Virus record (IMG/VR): IMGVR_UViG_3300033069_001204
Span: 1 to 64,000 of that record
Length of the DNA: 64,000 nt
Origin: a virus
Taxonomy: Duplodnaviria > Heunggongvirae > Uroviricota > Caudoviricetes
Reading direction: 5' to 3' (one strand)
The first letter of the stretch is position 1, and each line of letters opens with the position of its first letter. Shown piece by piece: positions 17,976-27,270 of the stretch. The notes beneath the pieces are model-generated. The model worked only from the letters and a program-made list of their open reading frames with translations. It made no database searches and was not told the DNA's origin. Position numbers and translations under genes: made by a program.

Positions 17976-18395
17976 TTACTGATGCCAGAGATTTGCTGAA
18001 AGCTCACAGGCTCGCAGCATATTCACGACTTCCTCTCCGAGATGGACCGGGGTATCGTCGTCCTTCAACCAGGCCATACGAAGCACCGCCAGGGCAATGA
18101 CTCCTAAATGTGAGGTGTCGACTTCCCACATCCAATTGGTCTCCACGGTCGCTGCCATTTCATAGTCATCGTGGCCATCGTCCCATGCTGAATGCAATTG
18201 GACGACTCCATGATGGATGGCCGAGAATGTCATGGATGCCAGAGCGACTCCTTTGTTCTCAAGGGTAAGTCCTTTTTCGCCTCCTTCATTTATTCTGGTC
18301 AGAATGAGATGGCCATGCTTTGTGGCCTCATCCCTGGCGAAAGGCCGTAGAAGGCCCTCCGCCAGAGTCACCATATCATCTATTTTGGTTGTCAT
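17976..18395 (-). CDS. hypothetical protein
   Basis: 139-aa ORF. Confidence 0.5.
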   Translation of the reverse strand: MTTKIDDMVTLAEGLLRPFARDEATKHGHLILTRINEGGEKGLTLENKGVALASMTFSAIHHGVVQLHSAWDDGHDDYEMAATVETNWMWEVDTSHLGVIALAVLRMAWLKDDDTPVHLGEEVVNMLRACELSANLWHQ

Positions 18396-18398
18396 TGC

Positions 18399-19220
18399 CT
18401 ACCTGATTGGAATCATGGCCGATGGATTGTTTCCCAGCAGGAGAGTCTGCGGAGCTTGTCCATTCCACTTACGAATGGCCTCCAAGAGGATCATTGATTG
18501 TGACTGCTTCAAGGCTTCGCTCTGAATTCTCAGCGCTTCGGCCTCGCCCTTTGCTTTCGCTATCGTGGCTTCGGCTTCCTGCTGCGCCTTCTCCACAGCA
18601 TACTTGGCCGCCAGGGCCTCCTGTTCCTTCACCGTCTTTTGCTCTATTGCCTTCTCCAGGGCGTCTGTAAAATCGATGTTGGTTATGTTGACGTCAGAGA
18701 TATTAAGGATGTCGCCAACCGCTTTCTTCAGGCTAGACATTGCTGCTGCCCGGACTTCGTCGCGCTTCTTTACAATCTGATCGGCGCGATACTGGGAAGT
18801 AATCTGCTTTAAAGCCTCCTGCATTCTGGGCGATACCAAAGTCTTGAATACGCTATCTCCGGTATTGTATTCCCGGAACATGGAACATACTCGATTTTCA
18901 GGTATCGACATCAGGACGTTGTAGGAGATCTTCACAACCTGGGCGTCAGCCGTAAAGCATTCTGTGGAGTCAGACTGCATCCCGCTCTTGATGGAGACAT
19001 GATAGATTGTGGTCCAGGGAAGGGCGAAGCCAAAGCCTTCCCCAATTGCCCGGTCATCCATCTTGCCTAGGGTCACGGCTATCCCGCGTTCGCCGGGCTG
19101 GATGGTGTAGAACATCGAACAGCCTCCAATTAGGAGGAACAGGCCGATGACGAAGATGGCGATTATTGCTGAGATGGCGATTATTGCTGAGACTGATTTC
19201 ATGTTGAGTCCTTTATCCAT
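18399..19220 (-). CDS. SPFH/band-7 (prohibitin/HflC-like) membrane protein
   Basis: 273 aa. N-terminal TM helix, GERGIAVTLGK band-7 signature, C-terminal Ala/Glu/Lys coiled coil. Contains an 18-bp tandem duplication encoding AIIAISAIIAI. Confidence 0.7.
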   Translation of the reverse strand: MDKGLNMKSVSAIIAISAIIAIFVIGLFLLIGGCSMFYTIQPGERGIAVTLGKMDDRAIGEGFGFALPWTTIYHVSIKSGMQSDSTECFTADAQVVKISYNVLMSIPENRVCSMFREYNTGDSVFKTLVSPRMQEALKQITSQYRADQIVKKRDEVRAAAMSSLKKAVGDILNISDVNITNIDFTDALEKAIEQKTVKEQEALAAKYAVEKAQQEAEATIAKAKGEAEALRIQSEALKQSQSMILLEAIRKWNGQAPQTLLLGNNPSAMIPIR

Positions 19221-19563
19221 GTTTTACGCATTCTGAAAGCATGGATGCCACCTTGTCTTTTCCAAAGTGGCCGCAGAGGACTCCGAGGTCCTCCGCCACT
19301 GCGCTGTCTGGATCTGTGCTGATCTCCATGAATGTCCTGATGGAGTCCATTGGATCTTCCCGCTCGTCCAAGACCTCGCAGAATTCGCGGGCCTCTATTG
19401 CCGTCCTGAATAGGCACAGAGCCCGATCGATTTCCTCATCCTCCTTGTCTACGTCATCCTGGTCCTCCTCTTCCATGTCGGTGTCGTCATCCTCTGGCTC
19501 CAGGTATCTGTCTGCCAGACTATCCAATTCCCTGCCACTGTAATCCGAAAGCATCCTTCCCAT
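19213..19563 (-). CDS. highly acidic hypothetical protein
   Basis: 116 aa, Asp/Glu-rich (EPEDDDTDMEEEDQDDVDKEDEE). Confidence 0.45.
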   Translation of the reverse strand: MGRMLSDYSGRELDSLADRYLEPEDDDTDMEEEDQDDVDKEDEEIDRALCLFRTAIEAREFCEVLDEREDPMDSIRTFMEISTDPDSAVAEDLGVLCGHFGKDKVASMLSECVKHG

Positions 19564-19576
19564 CTCGCATCCTCCT

Positions 19577-19855
19577 TTAGTTTAGATATCCTGCTATGAA
19601 GCAGTGTCCTAAGTTGTCATGTCTTGGCACCAGCCGATTGATCAGGACCTTCCAGCCAGGCGGAGGGTCTTCGATAGTGATCGAATCCTGGATTAGGACG
19701 ATCGCCGCTCCCTCATCGGACAGGACTTTTAGCAGGCTCGCCGATGCCTCCGTTGAGTTCTTCTCCGCCTTTGATAGCGTCTCTATGAACTCTCTGCCCA
19801 CAGCCGTATACGGCGGACAGCTCATATTGCAGCGCGTCGTCAATTGAATATACAT
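19577..19855 (-). CDS. hypothetical protein
   Basis: 92-aa ORF. Confidence 0.4.
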   Translation of the reverse strand: MYIQLTTRCNMSCPPYTAVGREFIETLSKAEKNSTEASASLLKVLSDEGAAIVLIQDSITIEDPPPGWKVLINRLVPRHDNLGHCFIAGYLN

Positions 19856-20250
19856 GGCGTCACTCCTCTATGAAAACGCTCTACTCGAATCGGAGTCAAG
19901 GACGGACATGCCACTGTCCCTTCTGGCGCTTCGGCATCCCCTTGAAGATCCTTCCAGAATGTCCAGTCCAGACTGAATGATACGGTCTCCAATTTATCCG
20001 CCTTTTTGGCGAGACATAGGAGGACCGCATATGACCACAGATTGATGGATCGGCTTAGCCGTATGAACTCATCGCAGGACCCCAACGAGTCGAAGGCGAA
20101 AAGCTTAGAGCATGGAACCCTTGGACGCGTGATGGCATTCATCTGATAGGTGAGACTGTCCCTACGATCGAACTTGGTGGCTCGATAGCTCATGTAGACA
20201 TCCTCTCCACAGCGGCCCTCCCATACGCTGCAGATCTTATGGACTAGCAC
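19840..20250 (-). CDS. hypothetical protein
   Basis: 136-aa ORF. Confidence 0.45.
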   Translation of the reverse strand: MLVHKICSVWEGRCGEDVYMSYRATKFDRRDSLTYQMNAITRPRVPCSKLFAFDSLGSCDEFIRLSRSINLWSYAVLLCLAKKADKLETVSFSLDWTFWKDLQGDAEAPEGTVACPSLTPIRVERFHRGVTPCIFN

Positions 20251-20533
20251 GGCTCTTCCTCCTGTGCTTCATGCCTTGTATCTGAATCTTTCCAGGAAGG
20301 GTCACCCAGACGATTATCCGAAACTGCGGCTTATTCCTTAGCATCGCATTCAGCCCTGTTCCAAAAGTCCGGACGCCATCTTCATCAATGGATGAGAAGT
20401 CCGTCCGTGGACCTCTCATACAGACCCCTATCTCCAGTTTATTCACGAGATGATCGAGCGCCTCTTCTGCCAGCATGCCTTTTGGCAGCCGGCCCTTCCA
20501 GAGCTTCCCATCGGAGATGATGTGATACAGCAT
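20237..20533 (-). CDS. hypothetical protein
   Basis: 98-aa ORF. Confidence 0.4.
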   Translation of the reverse strand: MLYHIISDGKLWKGRLPKGMLAEEALDHLVNKLEIGVCMRGPRTDFSSIDEDGVRTFGTGLNAMLRNKPQFRIIVWVTLPGKIQIQGMKHRRKSRASP

Positions 20534-20544
20534 AGAATATTCTC

Positions 20545-21300
20545 CTATCCCACGTAGACAAGGCCATCGTCGCCAACGTATAGGTCCTGGGCATTGAAAG
20601 ACCTGGCAAGCTTAGTTAGGCTATCGGCCCGCGAGCCAATCCAGCATTTCTGATTATCCCAGAAACCCGTGCCATGTCCATTGCGGGCCAGCCAGAAGTC
20701 GTGGCCTGCCATGTCCAGTTCAGAGTCTGTGAATCCGTGGCGACGCAGAAAGTCGATGCAGTCCCGTTCGATCGTCTCCTTGGCCTGTTCCGATAGTTCA
20801 AGGTCGGCGCTAAGCTCAGAAGACCAGAGGGCCGTTTCGATATAGGACCGCATGAGAGTCGCCACCTGACGATCGTAGCATCTCCAGCAGTCATCCTTTG
20901 TCTTGAACTTCTCGCAGTCCGTATAGCTTAGACCTGCCATCATGGTTGCTGGGCACCATGCCGAAAGCTCATAAGACCACCGTGCCGGACAGCAGAATTT
21001 CCTCATCTCGGACCCACGGACAAACTTATGCCCCTCAAGCCAATTAGCTATGGGCATTCCCCCGAAGTCTTCGGGGACATATCCATTTCCGCGTCCGGCT
21101 TTGATCCCGGGATTGCGCTCAAGAACCCTGGCAATTCCAGATGGAGCGGGCTGTCTCAGCGTGAAAGGTTCATATCTTATAGAGACGCAGCCGGTCCCAT
21201 GACAGCGGGAGCACACAATGGCAATCTCGGGACTCTCACAACATCCCGAGTATAAGCCGGTTCCTCCGCACTGCTCACAAAATGCCTTGACTTCTATCAT
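20545..21300 (-). CDS. hypothetical protein with an N-terminal DnaJ-type CxxCxGxG zinc finger
   Basis: 251 aa. CEQCGGTG and CSRCHGTG repeats. Confidence 0.5.
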   Translation of the reverse strand: MIEVKAFCEQCGGTGLYSGCCESPEIAIVCSRCHGTGCVSIRYEPFTLRQPAPSGIARVLERNPGIKAGRGNGYVPEDFGGMPIANWLEGHKFVRGSEMRKFCCPARWSYELSAWCPATMMAGLSYTDCEKFKTKDDCWRCYDRQVATLMRSYIETALWSSELSADLELSEQAKETIERDCIDFLRRHGFTDSELDMAGHDFWLARNGHGTGFWDNQKCWIGSRADSLTKLARSFNAQDLYVGDDGLVYVG

Positions 21301-21309
21301 GACCCACTC

Positions 21310-21621
21310 CTACAGCTTCTTGATTTGGGCTTCGAGTCTCGCGATCTTGCAGCCGATGCTTCTTCTAGCTGCGTCCTCCATGGCTAGAAGTATCTCCTCA
21401 TCCTCGATACCGATGGAATTAGGCAGATCCGGTTTTGGAACGGCTACGCGACTCCCGTCATCTGAACGATACGTGGGAGGTCGATCGTCTGGGCAATCAT
21501 CTCGGATGGAGTATAAAGGGATCAGCTCATATTTCCCGCTCGCAAGCCGGTCGCGCAGCAGAATCAGGTCTAGGTATTCAGAGCAGATCTCTTTCGCCTT
21601 GTTCACATTTGCCAGTTTCAT
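21310..21621 (-). CDS. hypothetical protein
   Basis: 103-aa ORF. Confidence 0.45.
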   Translation of the reverse strand: MKLANVNKAKEICSEYLDLILLRDRLASGKYELIPLYSIRDDCPDDRPPTYRSDDGSRVAVPKPDLPNSIGIEDEEILLAMEDAARRSIGCKIARLEAQIKKL

Positions 21622-21827
21622 GACATGGCCTCAGATGTTGCTGTTGGAGAAGCGGTAGTTCCTGGCATGGCGCTTGAGATTGCGCTCCCTATTATGGCCA
21701 AGCGCCTCTCGATAGGCCTTCTTGCGATTGCTCTTGATCCAGTTGCCGCCCCTGTTGTGGTGTCTGAGGTCTGGCGGATTGGCGGTTCCCGTAAATTTGG
21801 TTTTGCTCATGGCAGCATCCTTGATTA

Positions 21828-21865
21828 TGATTGAAGAAAAAGAGGTCCCCCACGTTCGGGGGACC
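21828..21865 (-). terminator. rho-independent terminator (ggtccccc-acgttc-gggggacc followed by a T-tract on the minus strand)
   Basis: 8-bp GC stem at 21844-21851 / 21858-21865. On the minus strand it is followed by ctctttttcttc. Lies downstream of gene 21883..22230. Confidence 0.6.
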
Positions 21866-21882
21866 CCCAGGAAAAGGCGAGC

Positions 21883-22230
21883 TTATCCTTCGCTTGAGGC
21901 GTCAGCCTTGCCGGCTTTGGCGGGGCCGCCCTTTATTTTGGCCACCACGTCCGGATCATTGTCGATGGCGTATTGGGCGGCCCTTACTTCGACCTCTCCA
22001 ATGTCTGTGGACGCGTCGAAGATGAACTCAGCGGAGTCCTTGTCTGGATCGGCAAAAGCCTTGAGCTCTTCAACCCGGGACTGGAGATAGATGGGCAGGG
22101 CCGCTTGTCTCTGTAGCGCCTCAAGTTCTGTCTGGCGGCATTTCTGGAATAGGAAGTTCGCCGCTTGCGGGTGCTTGGCAATGAACTCCATCCAGTCCTT
22201 GTTGCTGAGATATCTGATTGAGATTTTCAT
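21883..22230 (-). CDS. hypothetical protein
   Basis: 115-aa ORF. Confidence 0.45.
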   Translation of the reverse strand: MKISIRYLSNKDWMEFIAKHPQAANFLFQKCRQTELEALQRQAALPIYLQSRVEELKAFADPDKDSAEFIFDASTDIGEVEVRAAQYAIDNDPDVVAKIKGGPAKAGKADASSEG

Positions 22231-22787
22231 GACATCATCCTTTCTGTTTTGATGGATTCATGATCTTTTCCAACTCTCGTGAATAATGCGGTTCCTTCAT
22301 GACAATCGGCTCCAGGTCCGAATTCTGGGTGCCAGCTGAAGTATGAATGGTCTCCATAGGAAATAGACTCCAGCGCGTAGTCCCCATAGCTAGACAGCCA
22401 CTCCTCAATAAGATGACGATCCTCGGCCCACAGGCCGCCATCCACTCCATACTCCAGATACGATTGCGCCCAGTCCGGGATGTCTAGATTCCTGACGATC
22501 TTATGGTCGGGGTCGTCCTGCACATTGAATGCCATGTAGAAGATTAGGCCATCGTCTATGATGTGGAGCTCCGGGATGTCGCCTATTTCCAGATCCAGGA
22601 AGGCGCGCTCGAGCAGCAGGAGCAACTCCTCCTTGGCATACTCCACTACGTCATTGGCATCCCAAAGCTCATTGGCTTCGATTCTGACGACGCACTCACG
22701 CTCGATTTCCGGCTCAAGGCCTGGAAGGCTCGGCGACTTTTCGGGGACCGGACCCCGGACGAATATCAGATTCCTGACCCATTTCAT
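22227..22787 (-). CDS. hypothetical protein
   Basis: 186-aa ORF. Confidence 0.5.
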   Translation of the reverse strand: MKWVRNLIFVRGPVPEKSPSLPGLEPEIERECVVRIEANELWDANDVVEYAKEELLLLLERAFLDLEIGDIPELHIIDDGLIFYMAFNVQDDPDHKIVRNLDIPDWAQSYLEYGVDGGLWAEDRHLIEEWLSSYGDYALESISYGDHSYFSWHPEFGPGADCHEGTALFTRVGKDHESIKTERMMS

Positions 22788-23197
22788 TTCTTGGCCCTTT
22801 CATATCTGACGATGGCCTGGCGGATCATCTCTGAACATTCCCTGAATGACGACTCCATGTATTGCTGCGCATCAGGAAACTGGGCGTTGCTGGCTTGCAT
22901 TGCGGCCACATCCGCATTGATTGCGGACACCTCGGCGAATAGCAGCAACGCGGCATTTCCTGGATCTCCGGCAAGGGATGGCTGCGGCAGGCTAGGATCT
23001 TCAGGAGGCAGGAATCTCGATATGGCGGGCCGGACCCGCTGCACCCATACCGCCCCATTGATTCCTTTGGTCTTGCCGCTCAGCCAAAAGATGATGGTGC
23101 TATGAGCGAGGCCGAGGCTCTTGGCGAATTGGGTCAAATTGCCCTTGGCTTCGATGGCCTGCTGTATTGCCTTCTTGATTTGTGGGGTGATTCGCAT
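22784..23197 (-). CDS. HTH (XRE/Cro-like) DNA-binding protein
   Basis: 137 aa. NLTQFAKSLGLAHSTIIFWLSGKTKG fits the helix-turn-helix pattern. Confidence 0.5.
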   Translation of the reverse strand: MRITPQIKKAIQQAIEAKGNLTQFAKSLGLAHSTIIFWLSGKTKGINGAVWVQRVRPAISRFLPPEDPSLPQPSLAGDPGNAALLLFAEVSAINADVAAMQASNAQFPDAQQYMESSFRECSEMIRQAIVRYERAKK

Positions 23198-23299
23198 CGG
23201 AGGCTCCTATATTAGGAAGGCCGCCACAAGGCAGCCCATGCATAGCATGACATAGACGGCGCATAATGCCATATCGATTATGTCCGACATTGTGGCCTC

Positions 23300-23998
23300 C
23301 TACTTTTTGACGGGCTCCTTTGCCCAGCCTTTGGCCTTGTAGAGGTCGTCGAGGCTTTTCTGGATCGTCTTCAGATTGATCTCGAACGCGCCATCTCCGC
23401 CCTGTGCCTTGTCATGTGTCAGGAAGTCGGCCACGATGATGCAACGCTTCACGTATTCCAAGCTGAATGTCGGAGCCTCAGCGCCTTCGATGTCGAAGCC
23501 GTAGCGCTCCTTGGCGATGCTGCGGAACCTCTCGATGTAGACCGACTTGCGGCCCTTGGATTCCAGGGCCTTCAACTTGGCCTGGGTCTCATCCAGGCTT
23601 TTCTGCATTCCGGCGTTGCGGGCCTCGCTCTCGGCGAGCCTCTTCTGAAGCTCGGCCACCGTCATTTCCTTCGACGCTCCCATTTCTTGATCTCCTGTAT
23701 TGGCGGGCTCTTGGAGCCCTGTTGTTGAAAGAAATTCATCCACCTTATGAAGCAGACCGAACTCGGCATCCGTGATGAAATCGAAGTCCGGATCGCCGAG
23801 CTTGCGATTCCTGCATTTCCTGGCATTGTCCTCTGCATGATTCCAGACAAACAGCGAAAGCTCATCCTCGTAGCAGAGATCGATTATCGCGGTCTTTCCG
23901 AATCCGACGAAGATGAGCTCGGGATTCTCCGATTCGATCTCGGTCCAGCCTTTGAACTTCGCCCTTATGGATTCCATGACTTTTTCGATTTCCATCTC
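23300..23998 (-). CDS. hypothetical protein (start MEIEKVMESI with a caggagg SD)
   Basis: ORF 23300..24064; internal Met at 23998 has a good SD. C-terminal coiled coil. Confidence 0.5.
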   Translation of the reverse strand, partial: EMEIEKVMESIRAKFKGWTEIESENPELIFVGFGKTAIIDLCYEDELSLFVWNHAEDNARKCRNRKLGDPDFDFITDAEFGLLHKVDEFLSTTGLQEPANTGDQEMGASKEMTVAELQKRLAESEARNAGMQKSLDETQAKLKALESKGRKSVYIERFRSIAKERYGFDIEGAEAPTFSLEYVKRCIIVADFLTHDKAQGGDGAFEINLKTIQKSLDDLYKAKGWAKEPVKK

Positions 23999-24079
23999 AA
24001 GGCCTCCTGTTTGTTGTCTGGAATTATACGACAGGCGGGGCTCCCATGCACCGGCCTGCCGCATTTATTTTCCGAAAAT

Positions 24080-24397
24080 TCAATAGCCGTTCACAATGGC
24101 CCATAGATTTTCGCGAGACTGCCAAGCATCGGGGTCTCGCATTGTCTTCACTTGCTCGGATATGGAGCGGCACTCATCGCAGAGCCTCTGATCCTTTTGC
24201 GGGGTCAGAGCCCTGCGTTTGCCGCATATTGAGCACTTCCCCCTGTCTCGTTTCGGTTTCATGTCCAGGCCTTTCAAATTGCCCAATAGAACCCATAGAA
24301 TAGCAGGGCGCATTCCGTCGCGAATAGGACCATTAGCAGAACATCCTTGGCGGTAATGCGGTCTGCATTGACATCGGCGACCAGCGCCTGTCTCCAT
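24080..24397 (-). CDS. small zinc-ribbon protein (likely MKPKRDRGKCSICGKRR...CDEC; real start internal)
   Basis: Two CxxC pairs. The ORF's N-terminal extension is doubtful. A separate ~44-aa membrane peptide (MPYRW...LLFYGFYWAI) probably lies at 24274..24408. Confidence 0.35.
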   Translation of the reverse strand: METGAGRRCQCRPHYRQGCSANGPIRDGMRPAILWVLLGNLKGLDMKPKRDRGKCSICGKRRALTPQKDQRLCDECRSISEQVKTMRDPDAWQSRENLWAIVNGY

Positions 24398-24410
24398 CTA
24401 TAGGGCATTG

Positions 24411-24851
24411 TCAACCCTCCTTTGCAGCCCGCTCGACAGGGGCTGGATACTGGTTCAGCATTACGGCGACTGTTGGGTAGACGCGGTTCGCCAGATCTTT
24501 GTGGGCGGCCGTATTCATGCACTCATGACGTATGGAAAAGTGCCGGCAGAAAAGGCCTTTTGCAGGCTGAGAGCCATGTGAGCATGCACTTTGAATGTCG
24601 GGATTCTCGGTGGTGCAGAAGAACCCAGGGATGAGCCGTTCGATCTGGTCGCTTTCAAAAAGCCTGATGCCGCACAGATTGACCTGAAGCGCGCCATGCT
24701 CGTCCCTGGCGGCTTGAAGATGCTGCATAGCCTTATTGAGTGCGGACCTGGTGGCGACGTCCTGTTCTGAGTCCTTGCTGAACTCATCCAAGGCATCATT
24801 CGTCCTGGCTATGGCGTCATTCAGAAGCTCTAGTCTTTCAAAGCTGTTCAT
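24411..24851 (-). CDS. hypothetical protein
   Basis: 146-aa ORF. Confidence 0.45.
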   Translation of the reverse strand: MNSFERLELLNDAIARTNDALDEFSKDSEQDVATRSALNKAMQHLQAARDEHGALQVNLCGIRLFESDQIERLIPGFFCTTENPDIQSACSHGSQPAKGLFCRHFSIRHECMNTAAHKDLANRVYPTVAVMLNQYPAPVERAAKEG

Positions 24852-24854
24852 GCG

Positions 24855-25250
24855 TTAGCCGCCTTTCGTTATGGCCTGGGCCTCCTGAATGGAGAACAGG
24901 CCGACGTTCATTATTAACGCGCGTAGCGGAGCCACCCTTGAGCAGAACACTGTCCTGCCAAGAAGCTCGCGCAATTCAGGAGTTCCAGGAAACGCGAAGC
25001 GGTCGAAGCATCCCAGCCGGGGCGCCTCAATTGCATCGCATTCCAGGATGACATGGCCGGTTCCAGGAGCCCCGCATAGCCGCAGGAACTCCTTGGCATC
25101 CTCCAATGTCCTGAAGCCCAGCAGGGGATTCTCAGCATTCTCCTGCTCTGTCGTGGCTCCTAGCTCATACTGGCGATATGCCATCCAGCCGACGAACTTG
25201 CCGTCATTCTCGGCCCCTGGGATTCTATGGACGGCCTTGTATATCTTCAT
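24855..25250 (-). CDS. hypothetical protein, a divergent member of the MK(I/V)YKAV paralog family
   Basis: 131 aa. Starts MKIYKAV like 26429..26866 and 27271..27684, with a shared G(L/F)xxxTxEDAKE/DAEAA segment. Confidence 0.45.
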   Translation of the reverse strand: MKIYKAVHRIPGAENDGKFVGWMAYRQYELGATTEQENAENPLLGFRTLEDAKEFLRLCGAPGTGHVILECDAIEAPRLGCFDRFAFPGTPELRELLGRTVFCSRVAPLRALIMNVGLFSIQEAQAITKGG

Positions 25251-25969
25251 TCCTTATCCTCCTTTTCGTTTTGCAGGGCTCCAAGCTCGCGGAGATTCCG
25301 GATCAGACGGCCCCATGTCCGGCCCCACATCATCTGCGCCTCTTTCTTGGCATCCTCGATGCTGCCACGGAATGGCTCAACGAAGCCGCCTCTCGTATGG
25401 AAGTGAAGCCATGCCGGATATGCCGCCACTATCTCCAGCCTGCCGCGCCTCCTGTATGGATCGGGCCGGATTATGAACAGAGGCCAGATATCCGGATTGT
25501 CGGGAATCCTACCATACGTCTTGCCATTCTTCGGGGCCTCATCCCATTTCAGACGCGGAACTACGAACTTCATTCCCTGGCCCTCCTTTTCGACCTGGCT
25601 CCGCCATCCTGCTCCCAAGGCCTCCTGTTCATGGAGCCGCGCGTGGGCGACAATATGACGCCTGTGATGACGTTGAGGCCCCTTGGCGTCTTGCAGATGC
25701 TTTGGATGCTCTTGCCGGCCCACTCGCCGCTTGTCGGCTTTCAGGGTTGGCCTGCATCTCCTGCTGAACATCCCCTTGTATCCATCCTTCAAGAAGCTTG
25801 GCAGGAGGGCATAGACGGCATAGGCGCCATCGGATGGATGGATCTCGACCATGACAATCGGGCCATCCGGGGACTTTATTCGACCCCGCCAGATTGAGAT
25901 GCTCTCATTGACCTTGACCTCCTCCCATCTCAGCCTTGGAATCTTGATCTCAATCATGGCGGTCCTCAT
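25247..25969 (-). CDS. hypothetical protein with an internal duplication (PRLRWEEV / PRLKWDEA)
   Basis: Start adjusted to MRTAMIEIKIPRLRWEEV (ATGA overlap with the upstream stop). Confidence 0.45.
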   Translation of the reverse strand: MRTAMIEIKIPRLRWEEVKVNESISIWRGRIKSPDGPIVMVEIHPSDGAYAVYALLPSFLKDGYKGMFSRRCRPTLKADKRRVGRQEHPKHLQDAKGPQRHHRRHIVAHARLHEQEALGAGWRSQVEKEGQGMKFVVPRLKWDEAPKNGKTYGRIPDNPDIWPLFIIRPDPYRRRGRLEIVAAYPAWLHFHTRGGFVEPFRGSIEDAKKEAQMMWGRTWGRLIRNLRELGALQNEKEDKE

Positions 25970-26223
25970 CTCAATGCGTTCAGGATTTCCAGCATGCCAC
26001 GCCTTAAATCCTCCTGGGCGGCGCGGCATCTGCAGGATTTGGAATCCGGGCCGCTATGCGCGCAGATCGTGTCGTCTGGCGTCAACGGCGAGTAGAACTG
26101 GCAGCTCTCCAGCTTGTCGGGCTCCGGAGAGCAGAGCCATACGGGACGTTCCATTCCTGATTCCTGGTCGACCTCTGTAACGACCCTGCAGTGATTGGTT
26201 TTCATTTCCTGGCCTCCTTTCAT
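25966..26223 (-). CDS. hypothetical Cys-containing small protein
   Basis: 85-aa ORF. Confidence 0.35.
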   Translation of the reverse strand: MKGGQEMKTNHCRVVTEVDQESGMERPVWLCSPEPDKLESCQFYSPLTPDDTICAHSGPDSKSCRCRAAQEDLRRGMLEILNALR

Positions 26224-26234
26224 GTTTGTGGTAT

Positions 26235-26471
26235 TCAGCTTTCATCCAGGTTCAGCTCGTCTACGACTTGCTGGGCTCCGGCATCATAGGCCGCCCGCAG
26301 CGCCTTTTCAATTTCCTGCTCCTCAAGCTCGAAGGTCCACGAGCAGCAGTTCGATTTTTTCGGATACAGGTCGATTCCAAGATGCTTCTTGGCGATGGCC
26401 TTGAGCGCCTTCTTGATTGTGGCGTCCTTCACCTTATCCTCCTGCTCAGCGTTATGGAACTGCAAAGACAT
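26235..26471 (-). CDS. hypothetical protein (start MSLQFHNAEQED)
   Basis: The C-terminal 78 aa of ORF 26235..26633 look protein-like; the upstream part overlaps the paralog gene. Confidence 0.4.
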   Translation of the reverse strand: MSLQFHNAEQEDKVKDATIKKALKAIAKKHLGIDLYPKKSNCCSWTFELEEQEIEKALRAAYDAGAQQVVDELNLDES

Positions 26472-26866
26472 GCCGATTTCGATCCGGGCTGCGGCGACCC
26501 GGATACGTGAAGCGGCGTGCGCTCCCAGAACACCCGGATGGGAAACACGAACTGGTATGGCACATATGTCCCTAAGCCATACCCTGCACAAGGATGTGAG
26601 ATCCAGCCTAGGAAGTCCGCATCGGCTTCCCATATCTCCGCCATGCCCTCCTTCGAGCAGGCCAGAGCTTCAGCCGCTTCAGCATCTGTGAAAGCATACA
26701 GGCCAGATCCGGCTATTGTCGGCTTCGTCGCAACTCCAGGCTCATATAGAAGCGACAGCTCGCCATCTCCTATGTAGGCGTTTCCTCCTCCGCCCCCCGG
26801 CTCACGTATTACACCCCAGCTGTAGAGCCGGCCGCCATAAGGTGTGACCGCCTTGTAGACTTTCAT
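26429..26866 (-). CDS. hypothetical protein, MKVYKAV paralog family
   Basis: 145 aa. Paralog of 27271..27684: LLYEPGVATKPTIAGSGLYAFTDAEAA versus LLYRPGVATKPVIPNSGLYAFTDRDAA. Both end with GLCSSIT. Confidence 0.55.
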   Translation of the reverse strand: MKVYKAVTPYGGRLYSWGVIREPGGGGGNAYIGDGELSLLYEPGVATKPTIAGSGLYAFTDAEAAEALACSKEGMAEIWEADADFLGWISHPCAGYGLGTYVPYQFVFPIRVFWERTPLHVSGSPQPGSKSACLCSSITLSRRIR

Positions 26867-26869
26867 AGC

Positions 26870-27157
26870 TCAGCCCTTCCTTATTTTGGCGAACCTGGGG
26901 ACGAAGCAGTTCTCAAGCTTGCCAGTATCTCGATTGATGTTGGCGTTGATTCCCATCACGTCATGGATCAAGTCCTGCGGACGGGCCGTGGCCATTCTTG
27001 GCAGATCCAATGGGCAGCCATTGCAGTGGCAGGCTTCGAGATCCATTCGGGTGTCCAGCCAGTTCTGCTGAATTCCATACTGCTTGGCGAAGTCGCCGAA
27101 TCTGGTCGCTATGGCGGCAATCAGATTATTCTCATCCTTCGTGGCATTCCAGTTCAT
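26870..27157 (-). CDS. hypothetical protein (CHCNGCP motif)
   Basis: 95 aa. The C-terminal tail FAKIRKG and the junction DNA are duplicated at 27157-27190. Confidence 0.45.
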   Translation of the reverse strand: MNWNATKDENNLIAAIATRFGDFAKQYGIQQNWLDTRMDLEACHCNGCPLDLPRMATARPQDLIHDVMGINANINRDTGKLENCFVPRFAKIRKG

Positions 27158-27270
27158 TGCTCAACCCTTCCTTATCTTGGCCAGCCTCACCCTCCCGGTG
27201 TAGCTGTAGTTGTCTGCATCCCTGCGGTTCCGGCCTGCCAGCGTCAGCAATGCCCATTTAATATAGGCCA

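Noticed and set aside
19577-19855. Possible truncated radical-SAM remnant (TTRCNMSCP)
   Set aside because: Only a Cx3C pair is present, with no third Cys and no GGE motif. It is 92 aa, too little for a radical SAM domain. Kept as hypothetical.
21625-21834. Plus-strand 69-aa hydrophobic ORF versus a minus-strand 59-aa basic ORF (21634..21810)
   Set aside because: Neither can be supported confidently. The plus ORF runs against an otherwise all-minus block and overlaps the terminator T-tract. The minus ORF is below the track threshold and sits directly after a terminator. Left unannotated.
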